This document shows positions 28,878 through 38,227 of a stretch of DNA of 64,000 nucleotides, in pieces. The translations under genes and the position numbers were made by a program. The stretch is from positions 3,425,688 through 3,489,687 of the forward strand of contig CP070758.1 in assembly GCA_020348925.1 (NCBI GenBank), written 5' to 3'. Position 1 is the first letter of the stretch. Every line of letters starts with the position of its first letter. The stretch comes from Gemmatimonadota bacterium (GTDB lineage: Bacteria; JBHIER01; G020348925). The notes beneath the pieces were generated by a model. It was not told the origin of the DNA and ran no database searches. It was given only the letters and a program-made list of their open reading frames with translations.

Positions 28878-31274
28878 CTACTGGTTGAGCACCACCACAG
28901 TCTTGGTCCTCGTCTCGGTGCCGCTGCCGTTCGTTATGGTTACCGCGATGATGTACAGACGGTTCGGGACGAGGCGGCCCTCGTCGTCCCGACCGTCCCA
29001 CGTAATGAAGCGCTGATTATCATAGAGAGCAATGCGGACATTCTGGTTCAAAAGCCGAACAAGACGGCCTGCAAGATCGTACACCTTTACTGCGACATCC
29101 GATTCTTCAATGAAATCAAAGGTAATGATCACCTCATCATCGTAGCCATCCCCATTCGGAGAAAAAAGACGAGGCTGACAGTCCAATTCCAGCGAAGAGA
29201 TGACGAAGGGGGCATCCGAATCATCGCTCCCCCATGCATTGTTCGTGTCCGTAGCGACGACCCGCATTCGAAATGCTCTGCCTCGAAGGTCGGAGGGAAT
29301 ATCCCAGAGATAGAGACCGTCGTTTTTCGACATCGACTCTCCAGACGCATCCGTCTCAGGCAGATCCTCCCAACTGCTCCCATTGTCGCGGCTGAGCTTG
29401 ATGGCGATTGCCAGAGATAAAGAGTCATCGTCAAGGTCGGTCGCTGACCATCTGACGGTTTGCTGGCCCGACCAAACCTCTCCGCCATTTGGATTGAGGA
29501 CTGCGACCTGAGGAGCACTATTATAGGTATTGATCCAGAAGAAGAGGGTGTCGGACCACTCGGACGGGAGAGCTTCTGTTTTGATAATGGCCTGCACTCT
29601 GGCGAAATAGCTCTTGTCCTCTTCCAGAGGATCACATGTCTTCGTCGTGTCTCCCTCCTGAGTTTCAAGCACCTGGATCGGGTCGGTCCAGTTGAGATTA
29701 TCATCAACCTGAATTCGATACAATGCCGCCTCGGCTGTATCGAGAGGATCGTTATCACCACCGAAACTCCAAACAAAGGTGGGCGCGATCGTTCTGACTT
29801 CACTACCAATCATCCCGATGATTGAAAAATTTATGGGTGGCTGTGGAGGCTCATCGTACACATCAACGTAAAAATCCTGGACCTCCGACCACGGCGAGCC
29901 CAATTCGGTCGGATCCACGGTCTGAATTCGGTAGAACCAATGGGTGTTATCCGTCAGGGAATCCTGAACCCAGAGTGAGGTCACCCCGTCCTGTGTGCTG
30001 TACAGGAAATCCTCACCATTGGCAAATAATTCATCGTCAATCTGGACCACATAGTGCATGAGCTCATACGGTTCGTCGGCCCCATCCCACTGGACGCTGG
30101 GCTGCTGCTGGCGAATTTCGACGCCTGCCGCGGGTTCGAAACCGCTCCTCGGAGGCTCGGGAGGGACATTGGCATGTCTCAGGAAAATATCCCCTTAGTG
30201 TTCCCAGACCTGCCACAGATTGTCCATCCAGTCCGTGGCAAGAGCAGGAGCCCGATCATCCCCCACATACGCTGCGGTGGTATCCAAGGTGGACCAGGAA
30301 GAACCATCGTAATATCTGCCTTGAATATTCTCATCGTCCTCCTCCTTTGTCCAGACCACCCAGAGATTTGACGAGGCGTCGCCGAAGATGCACGGATTCT
30401 GATGCACGTAATATCCGACCGTCACCTGAAAGACGGCACTCAGTGCGACATCGTAGAACCGAGTGAAAATGTTAAAATTGGACATCCAGGCGAACCACAC
30501 ACGCCCTCTGCTGTCAACCGAAATCCGCGGTGAAAAATCACCGCTCGGCCCCGAGGCAATGTGAAGAGGTGTATCCAGCCAGGCCTCACCATCGTAATAC
30601 GTGGCATAGATGTCCTCATTCCCCGCACGATCGCTCTGCCACACGACCCAGACATGACCGGAGGAGTCCACCGCGACCTTCGGGAACCCGTCATTGGCAG
30701 GATGCTGGGTGATGTTCAAGGGATCGGTCCACTCCACACCATCGTAATACTTAGCGTAAACATCGGCGCTGTCCAGGGCCATACTTCCCGGTGACTGCCA
30801 CACCACCCACAATCTGTTGGACCGATCGACAGCGGCATCGGGGGAGAGAGAGCCGACCGTGTTCAGCGGCGATGCTTGGGGCTCGGTCATGGTCTCGCCG
30901 CCGAAGGCCCGCGTGTAAATCTTCCACAGCCCGCTGTGCTTGGACTCCCAGACAAACCAGATGAGGCCGGTACGGTCCCTGACCAATACCGGTGTCAGAT
31001 CGCTGCTGTCCGATTCGGTCATTTGAATGGGAGCGGACCCCACCCCCTGTGTAAAAGAGCGGGCGTAAATGTCCCAGTTCCGGTTCCTGTCCGTCTCCCA
31101 GGCCACCCACGTCGTATCACCCGTCGTGGCGAGAACGGGATCTCGGCACAGATCGGACCCGACGGTCACCGACAGGGTATCGGACCAACGAGCATTGCTG
31201 GCATCCGATGGGAAGGGAAAGAGGACAAGAAGACTTGTAATTGCGATGAAAGTGAAGAATCTCACACTCGGCAA
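28878..31274 (-). pseudogene. Secreted beta-propeller / FN3-like / FlgD-Ig CTD protein interrupted by a single in-frame TAA (30195-30197)
   Basis: ORFs 30195-31274 and 28878-30059 share a frame, and the 45 codons between them are open (WEH*GDIFLRHANVPPEPP...ELMHY). Signal peptide; repeats P.(L/V)AVD..G.VWVVW; C-terminal FSPNGDG, VKVYDLAGRLVRLL, WDGRDDEGRLV. Confidence 0.8.
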
Positions 31275-31324
31275 GCTCCGTATACTCCAGTCATTGTACC
31301 CACCTTTTCGTCCTGTTTTTTCAA

Positions 31325-31353
31325 AGTATAACCCAAATCGCTTGGAGGGGCAA
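31325..31353 (-). promoter_or_regulatory. Sigma70-type promoter for the minus-strand locus
   Basis: TTGCCC-17 bp-TATACT. Confidence 0.45.
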
Positions 31354-31407
31354 CTTCTTTTTCATTGTCCACAGATTTGAGGTCCTGAGCTTTATGTGAA
31401 AAAACGC

Positions 31408-31436
31408 TTGACAAGGCGGACACTTTTTGCTAATAT
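31408..31436 (+). promoter_or_regulatory. Sigma70-type promoter for the M1 peptidase
   Basis: TTGACA-17 bp-TAATAT with extended TG. Confidence 0.6.
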
Positions 31437-31515
31437 GATGCACGTGGTACTGGGAACGCTTCTTTGGGCATCTATCGGAAAAGGATTCATTCATCATACA
31501 CAAAGGAGGTCTGCC

Positions 31516-34398
31516 ATGAAAAGGCTGTGGATCTTCCTCTCTTTTCTGTCGCTGCTCCTTATCCCCCTCTCCGCAGAGAGCGAGCGGGGCAGAGAGCACC
31601 TCGTGCGGATCAGAGAAGAGCGGAGAAGGATGCAGGAGGCCGTTCAAGAGGCCATTCGGTCGGCCAAACAGCCGATTCTCTTGCAGGTTGAAGGCCAGGA
31701 GGATTTTGATGTCACGTATTACCGGCTCGATCTCGATGTCGATGTGGACAATGAAACTCTGGACGGGAGCGTGACCCTCAGGGCGACGAGTCTCATTTCG
31801 GATTTAACCGAGATTGTCCTGAACTTCTACGATGATATGCCAGTAACCTCAGTAACCGGGGATGCCTCGGGATTCACCCATACTGATAATTTAGTGACCG
31901 TCTCGCTTCAGACCTCTTACAGCGCGGGTCAAAGCTTCGAAGTGGTGCTCAACTATAACGGGCATCCCTGGGAGGGAAATTTGGGCCTGAGTTTTGTGAC
32001 CGTTTCCAATAATCCCCTTGTCTATACCGAATGTTCGCCCTTCTTCGCCCGGGCGTGGTGGCCCTGCAAGGACACACCGGTGGACAAAGCGAATTCCATG
32101 GATCTCCATATAACGCTCCCGGACAACCTCGTCTTAGCCTCAATCGGCGCGCTGCAAAGTGTCGTCGACAACGGTGACGGCACCCAGACCTGGCACTGGC
32201 ATGAAGGTCATCCCATCGCCACCTATCTCGTCTCCATTACGGCCTATCCCTACCGAACATTCTCGGACATCTATGAAGGCGCTGGCGGGCAGGCGATGGA
32301 TGTGGACTATTACGTCTATCCTGAGGACTACGCCCTCGCTTTGGAGGACTTTAACGAAATCGTGGACATGATCGAGTTTTTCGCCTCCAAATACACCGAG
32401 TACCCTTTCATCGATGAAAAATACGGTATGGCCGAATACACCGGCTACTATGCGGCCATGGAGCACCAGACATGCACCAGCTACGGTTCCAGTTACATCA
32501 CCGGTGATCACTCTTGGGATTCCATTATTGCCCATGAACTGTCCCACCACTGGTGGGGGAATTCCGTCTCCGTCGGAAGCTGGCACGACGTCTGGCTCAA
32601 GGAAGGTTTTGCCTCCTATTCCGAAGCCCTGTGGATGGAAAACATCGACGGATCGTACGGTTTACAGGATTATATGGTCACGACCCAGCTCGCAGTGGAT
32701 CTGCAAGAATCGGTCTACCGATATGACATCACCGACGCCGGGAACATTTTCGTCTCGGAAGTATACGACAAGGGAGCCTGGGTGTTGCACATGCTGCGCC
32801 ACGTGGTGGGTGATGAAAACTTTTTCCAGATCCTCCAAAGCGTCTATGAGACGTACGCCTTCGGCAACTTCGTGACCGAGGAGTTGAAGGATGCCTGCGA
32901 GCAGATTTCCGGCCAGGATCTGGACTGGTTCTTTGAGGAATGGGTCTACGATGTGTGGCATCCGGAATACTACTGGGGCTGGAACAGCAACGATCTCGGA
33001 GACAGCTTCGAGATCACGGGCTTCATCGATCAGATCCAGTCCAGAGGTCCGGTCTTCACCATGCCCGTCGAAATGGCCATTGCCACAGCCGCGGGTGACA
33101 CCATCATCGTGGAAACCCTCTGGGTCGACGAAGGGTCCGAACGCTTTCAACTCGTGGTGAACGATGAGCCCACGGACGTCCTCCTCGATCCCTACAACTG
33201 GATTTTAAAGGAACAGAGCATCATCACCGACCCCCTCGTCTCGTACGTCATCAATCGGGTCGACGACGGAAATGGGAATGGAGACGGGCGGCCCGATCCC
33301 GGTGAAACGGTCGCTGTGATTGTTACCCTGGAGAACATCGGCACAGACGTCTTCGGGCTGGAAGCAAGTCTGGGTACAACGGACCCGGATATTGAAATAA
33401 CGTCAGCGGTCTCGTCGTACGGCGATGTCTCACACGGGACCATGGTGGGGAACGAGGACACACCTTTCACCATCGAGGTGCATCCCGCGGCAGAGACCCA
33501 CGTCGTCATGTTCAAGCTCAATTTCACAGGACAGAACGGGTACACAGGCCTCGACAGCTTCTACCTGACCATCGGGACGCCGAGGGTCCTGCTGGTGGAC
33601 GACGACGGCGGTGATGAAAACGAGAGACCCTATCTCAATCCGTTATCGATCAAAGCTATTCCCTTCCAGATGTGGGATGTCGCCGCCGAGGGTCCTCCGG
33701 GGGACACCTTAATGTTCTTTGACGTCATCGTCTGGCTGACCGGTGCCGAACGGGACAATACCCTTCGTGCCGCTGATCAGGCGAGTCTTGCCGCATACCT
33801 TGACGCGGGCGGAAGTCTCTTCCTCAGCGGACAGGACATCGGCCATGATCTCTTCGAGAGGGGCAATGGGATCGATTTCTTCAGCAATTATCTCCACGCC
33901 ACCTTTGAGGCCGATGAAACGAGCGAGTATTTCCTGCAGGGGATAACCGGTGATCCCATTTCGGGTCAATTTGGGCTGCTGCAGCTCGATGCTGCCCAAG
34001 AGAGCCCCGACGTCATAGCCCCTGGGGAGGGGGCAAACAACACGCTCAACTACAGCCCCTCGGGAAATGCCGCCGGGATAAAATACGGGGGGGATTACAG
34101 AGTCGTTTACTTTTCCATCGGATTCGAGGGAATACGAACCTTGACCGGTGCCAGCGAACCGATGAGGGCGGATATGTTGGACAATATCATATCGTGGCTG
34201 CAGATTGTGCCGGAAAAGGGAGATGTGAACGAAGACGGATCCATCAATATCCTCGATGTTCTGGCCACGGTCAACATCGTATTGGGCTTGCTCTCCCCCA
34301 CACCGACCCAGCAATGGGCGGCCGACTTCAACGAAGACGGTGCCGTCGATATCATCGATGCCATTACGATCGTTAATTACATCCTGGGTCTCAGGTAG
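31516..34398 (+). CDS. Secreted M1-family aminopeptidase with C-terminal dockerin-like domain
   Basis: AAGGAGG RBS, signal peptide, ARAWWPCKD, AAMEH, HELSHHWWG...WLKEGFA, YDKGAWVLHMLR; dockerin at 34216-34395. Confidence 0.92.
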   Translation: MKRLWIFLSFLSLLLIPLSAESERGREHLVRIREERRRMQEAVQEAIRSAKQPILLQVEGQEDFDVTYYRLDLDVDVDNETLDGSVTLRATSLISDLTEIVLNFYDDMPVTSVTGDASGFTHTDNLVTVSLQTSYSAGQSFEVVLNYNGHPWEGNLGLSFVTVSNNPLVYTECSPFFARAWWPCKDTPVDKANSMDLHITLPDNLVLASIGALQSVVDNGDGTQTWHWHEGHPIATYLVSITAYPYRTFSDIYEGAGGQAMDVDYYVYPEDYALALEDFNEIVDMIEFFASKYTEYPFIDEKYGMAEYTGYYAAMEHQTCTSYGSSYITGDHSWDSIIAHELSHHWWGNSVSVGSWHDVWLKEGFASYSEALWMENIDGSYGLQDYMVTTQLAVDLQESVYRYDITDAGNIFVSEVYDKGAWVLHMLRHVVGDENFFQILQSVYETYAFGNFVTEELKDACEQISGQDLDWFFEEWVYDVWHPEYYWGWNSNDLGDSFEITGFIDQIQSRGPVFTMPVEMAIATAAGDTIIVETLWVDEGSERFQLVVNDEPTDVLLDPYNWILKEQSIITDPLVSYVINRVDDGNGNGDGRPDPGETVAVIVTLENIGTDVFGLEASLGTTDPDIEITSAVSSYGDVSHGTMVGNEDTPFTIEVHPAAETHVVMFKLNFTGQNGYTGLDSFYLTIGTPRVLLVDDDGGDENERPYLNPLSIKAIPFQMWDVAAEGPPGDTLMFFDVIVWLTGAERDNTLRAADQASLAAYLDAGGSLFLSGQDIGHDLFERGNGIDFFSNYLHATFEADETSEYFLQGITGDPISGQFGLLQLDAAQESPDVIAPGEGANNTLNYSPSGNAAGIKYGGDYRVVYFSIGFEGIRTLTGASEPMRADMLDNIISWLQIVPEKGDVNEDGSINILDVLATVNIVLGLLSPTPTQQWAADFNEDGAVDIIDAITIVNYILGLR

Positions 34399-34520
34399 AC
34401 TCGACTGTTTTCAGGTGTCGCTTCAGAGAAGCGACGACTCTGTTCGTGAAATTGAGCTCAACAACAGAGCTTCAGACAAAGGGGGACTTCAAAGAAGTTG
34501 ACGAAAATACAATATTCTCC

Positions 34521-34549
34521 TTGACCTACAGTCGGCATTGCCTTATATT
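34521..34549 (+). promoter_or_regulatory. Sigma70-type promoter
   Basis: TTGACC-17 bp-TATATT. Confidence 0.5.
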
Positions 34550-34665
34550 CCGAAATCAGGGAGGCTGCTGGTGTGACACATACCGTCTCTTTCGAATGCA
34601 TTGCGATCATTTCACTCGCACGCGGCCAAGGTAAGATCTTTATGACGATGAACGCTGAAGGTACA

Positions 34666-35148
34666 ATGAGAAAGGTAAACGTTTCAGGTCTGGCTATTGA
34701 CTCCAATAGCAATTCGCCCGTCGTCCTGCTCAAGGAGTCCGGTGGCTCAGGCATTCTTCCCATATGGATTGGACCAGCAGAAGCCAGTGCGATTGCCATG
34801 GAGCTGGCCGGCCTTAATATGAAGCGACCCCTCACTCATGATCTGCTGAGAACCGTCATCGATGGACTGGGAGCGAAAGTTCTCAAGGTGGTGGTCAACG
34901 ATCTCGTGGGACAGACCTTCTACGCGGAGATCTACCTTCAGCATGAGAATTCACTGGTGAAGATCGATGCCCGACCGAGTGATTCGATTGCCCTGGCCCT
35001 GAAAGCGAAAGCGCCCATTTTTGTTTCGAAGAAGATTTTCGCCTTTGACGAGGAATCCTCCGACATATCCGAGGAACAACGGGCGGAGGAGCTGCGGGCG
35101 CGCCTGCAGCGCATCAATCCTGAAGATTTTGGGAATTACACCTTCTAA
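34666..35148 (+). CDS. Bifunctional nuclease family protein (DUF151)
   Basis: LPIWIGPAEASAI, RPLTHDLL, FYAEIYL, IDARPSDSIALAL. Confidence 0.92.
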   Translation: MRKVNVSGLAIDSNSNSPVVLLKESGGSGILPIWIGPAEASAIAMELAGLNMKRPLTHDLLRTVIDGLGAKVLKVVVNDLVGQTFYAEIYLQHENSLVKIDARPSDSIALALKAKAPIFVSKKIFAFDEESSDISEEQRAEELRARLQRINPEDFGNYTF

Positions 35149-35224
35149 GTTCGTTACATATTCCACCTGTAGCCACACCCAATGTGGTTATCTCTCTTGA
35201 AACCTCATTCTACTCAGAACGTAT

Positions 35225-36973
35225 ATGTTATCACATCTGTTCAGCCCTTTTCGGTTACACGATTCCAAGAGGCACTTTCCGAAACACGATCCGCAACACT
35301 CCGCTGGAACATTATGTATTCTCTTCATCGCCGTCATCAGCGGATTGGGCTCCCCCAATCTCTGCAACTCCTTGCAAGAGAATCCTGAAGCAGAACGTCT
35401 CTTCGTGCAGGCTATGGCCGATTATCAAAGGGGGAAATTTCGTTCGGCCCAGGAACGATTGGAACAAATCCTAACTCTTCCACATAATCAGAGATACTCA
35501 AGTGCTCTCCTGCTGTTGGGCAAAACCCATTACAAGCTTCATGCTTTCGATGTAGCCATCATGAGTGCAGAGAGACTTCTGCGAGAATTTCCGACGTCAA
35601 CGTATATGGACGACGGTCACTATCTTCTGGGGAACTGCCATGAGGGCCAGGGTGACTACGCTCGAGCAGCCGAGGAATATTTGATCACCATCGAAGTCGG
35701 CAGCGATTCAAGGCTCGTGGAACAAGCCCGGTCGCGACTCATAACCCTCATCGCCGAAGAATTAACTTCCGGGGAGATTGAACGTCTCCATCGCAGATAT
35801 CCGGACAGCACTCTTCTGGCTGAAGGGGCGACGCCCAAGCTCTCCCGACTCACAATCGGTGTTCTCGCTCCACTCACCGGCGATTTTTCGGACGCGGGGC
35901 AGGAAATGGTTCAGGGAATCAGACTTGCCGTCCGGTACTCGAACCTGACGAACGTAGATCTCGTCATTGAAGATTCGGCCGGCGATCCCATTCAGGCCGT
36001 GATCGCGACGCAACAACTCACGAATCAGGAATCCGTCCAGGCCATAATCGGTCCTGTGCGGAGCGAAACGACTGTGGGTGCAGCGGCTGTGGCCAATTGT
36101 CAGGCCGTTCCCTTAATCACCCCGACGGCGGCAGAAACGGGAATTGCCGACATCGGTTCCTACATCTTTCAACTCCATGTCACGCCCTCCATCCAGGGGG
36201 CAGCTGTGGCCGAGTATGCTATAGAACACCTTGGGCTGAGACGATTTGCCGTACTGGCGGTGTCAGACCCATATGGCAAGGACCTGGCTACAGGCTTTGT
36301 CCTGAAAACCGAACAACTGGGCGGAACCGTCCTCAGCCACGAATGGTACTACGAGGGGGCAACGGATTTCGGGCCTCAATTGAACCACATCCGGGACGCC
36401 GGGCTGGACCTTGAGCAGGCCGACTCTTCGGCCTGGGAGTGGAAACTCTTCCAACTGAAAACGAGCGGCCTCATCGACACCACCGCTGAAGAGCTCTTTC
36501 CTCCTGTGGACAGTATCGACGGATTTTTCCTGGCCGCCTACCCCGAGGACATTCCACTTCTCGCTTCACAGATCGCCTATCAAAAGATCCGCACCCAGTT
36601 GCTGGGCGGAAGCAGCTGGAATTCGGATGAGGTGCTCCGTAACGGCGGACAGTACGTTGAAGGGGCAATCTTCGCCGCCGATTTCTTCGAGGGAAACCTC
36701 TCCGAGGATTATCTCACATTTGTGGACAGATATCGACAACGCTATGGGCAAACATCCACAAAGGTGGCTGCCCTGAGCTATGATGCTGCGATGTTGCTCC
36801 TGGACAACTTCAGCCGAGGATCGAAATCTCGCAAGAAATTGCGTGACCTCTTGGCGGAAACCCGGAATGCCCGAGGGACCACCGGAATTATCACCTTTCC
36901 CGCCGGGAAACGATCCAACACGCACGTCGTCTTTCTCACCATACGGAATGGTGAAATCGCCGAAATACAATAG
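35225..36973 (+). CDS. TPR + periplasmic-binding-fold protein (LpoA/LppC-like penicillin-binding protein activator candidate)
   Basis: N-terminal TPRs, then IGVLAPLTG, AIIGPV, TDFGPQL, AALSYDAA; start uncertain. Confidence 0.75.
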   Translation: MLSHLFSPFRLHDSKRHFPKHDPQHSAGTLCILFIAVISGLGSPNLCNSLQENPEAERLFVQAMADYQRGKFRSAQERLEQILTLPHNQRYSSALLLLGKTHYKLHAFDVAIMSAERLLREFPTSTYMDDGHYLLGNCHEGQGDYARAAEEYLITIEVGSDSRLVEQARSRLITLIAEELTSGEIERLHRRYPDSTLLAEGATPKLSRLTIGVLAPLTGDFSDAGQEMVQGIRLAVRYSNLTNVDLVIEDSAGDPIQAVIATQQLTNQESVQAIIGPVRSETTVGAAAVANCQAVPLITPTAAETGIADIGSYIFQLHVTPSIQGAAVAEYAIEHLGLRRFAVLAVSDPYGKDLATGFVLKTEQLGGTVLSHEWYYEGATDFGPQLNHIRDAGLDLEQADSSAWEWKLFQLKTSGLIDTTAEELFPPVDSIDGFFLAAYPEDIPLLASQIAYQKIRTQLLGGSSWNSDEVLRNGGQYVEGAIFAADFFEGNLSEDYLTFVDRYRQRYGQTSTKVAALSYDAAMLLLDNFSRGSKSRKKLRDLLAETRNARGTTGIITFPAGKRSNTHVVFLTIRNGEIAEIQ

Positions 36974-37023
36974 CCATATCATTAAATTCGCACAGTAACA
37001 AGAAAGGACGCTCGGGAAAACTC

Positions 37024-37851
37024 ATGACCGTTGATGACAAAATTGAAACGTTGAGGGAGATTTTAAGAGACATGGATAGCCTCCTCGTCGCTTTTTCAGG
37101 AGGTGTGGACAGTACGTTTTTACTGAAAATGGCTCATGATTGTTTGGGCGATAAGGTCATTGCCGTAACCGCGGACTCGGAGACGTACTCTTCCGAAGAG
37201 CTCAAAGAAGCGAAGGCATTCGCAAAATCGTTGGGAGTGCGTCATTTGACCTTCGACTCTCATGAGTTGCATGTCGAGGGCTTCCGGGACAATACGCCTC
37301 TGAGATGTTACTACTGTAAGGGAGAGCTCTTTTCCCAACTGCAAGAGATCGCGCGGCAGGAAAACAGAACATGGGTCGCCGACGGCACGAACGTCGATGA
37401 CACAGGTGACTATCGACCAGGCATGAAGGCCGCCCAGGAGTTAGGAATTCGGAGCCCCCTCAAGGAGGCAGAGTTGACCAAGGACGACATCCGACAGCTC
37501 TCCAAGAAAATGGGGTTGGCAACCTGGGACAAACCGGCCCTTGCCTGCTATGCATCTCGCTTCCCCTACGGAACTGAAATCACGCCTGAAGGTCTTCGAC
37601 AGGTCGGGAGGGCGGAAACTTTTTTGAGACGCCAGGGCATGAGAACCGTCCGAGTGAGACATCACGGCCACATAGCCAGGATTGAAGTCGGCGGTGCGGA
37701 GATGAGCAGGTTTTTCGATCAGCATTTCCGGGCAAAGGTTATCGGGGAACTGAAACGACTCGGGTATGTGTACATCGCCCTTGATCTGGAGGGGTACCGC
37801 ACCGGGAGCATGAACGAAGTGCTGAACATGGAGACCGACGATGGCCACTGA
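37024..37851 (+). CDS. larE: LarE-family ATP-dependent sulfur transferase
   Basis: AFSGGVDS PP-loop, RCYYCK, DGTNVDD.GDYRPG, ACYASRFPYG, DLEGYRTGSMN. Confidence 0.92.
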   Translation: MTVDDKIETLREILRDMDSLLVAFSGGVDSTFLLKMAHDCLGDKVIAVTADSETYSSEELKEAKAFAKSLGVRHLTFDSHELHVEGFRDNTPLRCYYCKGELFSQLQEIARQENRTWVADGTNVDDTGDYRPGMKAAQELGIRSPLKEAELTKDDIRQLSKKMGLATWDKPALACYASRFPYGTEITPEGLRQVGRAETFLRRQGMRTVRVRHHGHIARIEVGGAEMSRFFDQHFRAKVIGELKRLGYVYIALDLEGYRTGSMNEVLNMETDDGH

Positions 37852-38185
37852 GACACACGAACACCGAGAACGGCACAACAAACCCTCTGCTTCCGGGCGA
37901 GAGGATCTCCTGGATAGGCTGGCTCGAAAGATCGTCGATCGGGGCCTTTCAGCTCCGGCCGTCATCTTTCTCGAATCGACGAAACCCCTCAATTTCGTGG
38001 GTTGCCAAGCTCTCAATTTTCTCGAACCTATGGTCCAAAGTGTGTTCAGTATCAAAAGCTACAACGAGTTTACACAACTTATGGAAAACAGATCCAATAT
38101 CGAGAACCTCATTCTCAAGATTGAGGAACTTGAAGAAGAACGAACGCAAGAGAGGAAAAGTAAAGTATCCTCCCCAGATGCCTGA
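37841..38185 (+). CDS. Conserved hypothetical protein
   Basis: Overlaps the larE stop; LARKIVDRGLSAPAVIFLESTKPLNF looks like a conserved protein. Confidence 0.75.
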   Translation: MATETHEHRERHNKPSASGREDLLDRLARKIVDRGLSAPAVIFLESTKPLNFVGCQALNFLEPMVQSVFSIKSYNEFTQLMENRSNIENLILKIEELEEERTQERKSKVSSPDA

Positions 38186-38227
38186 CATTTGAACCGCCGG
38201 ACTCTTGAAAAACAAAGGAATACCTCA

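Noticed and set aside
30195-30197. Selenocysteine/pyrrolysine or alternative-code readthrough
   Set aside because: The stop is TAA, which ends many genuine genes in this window.
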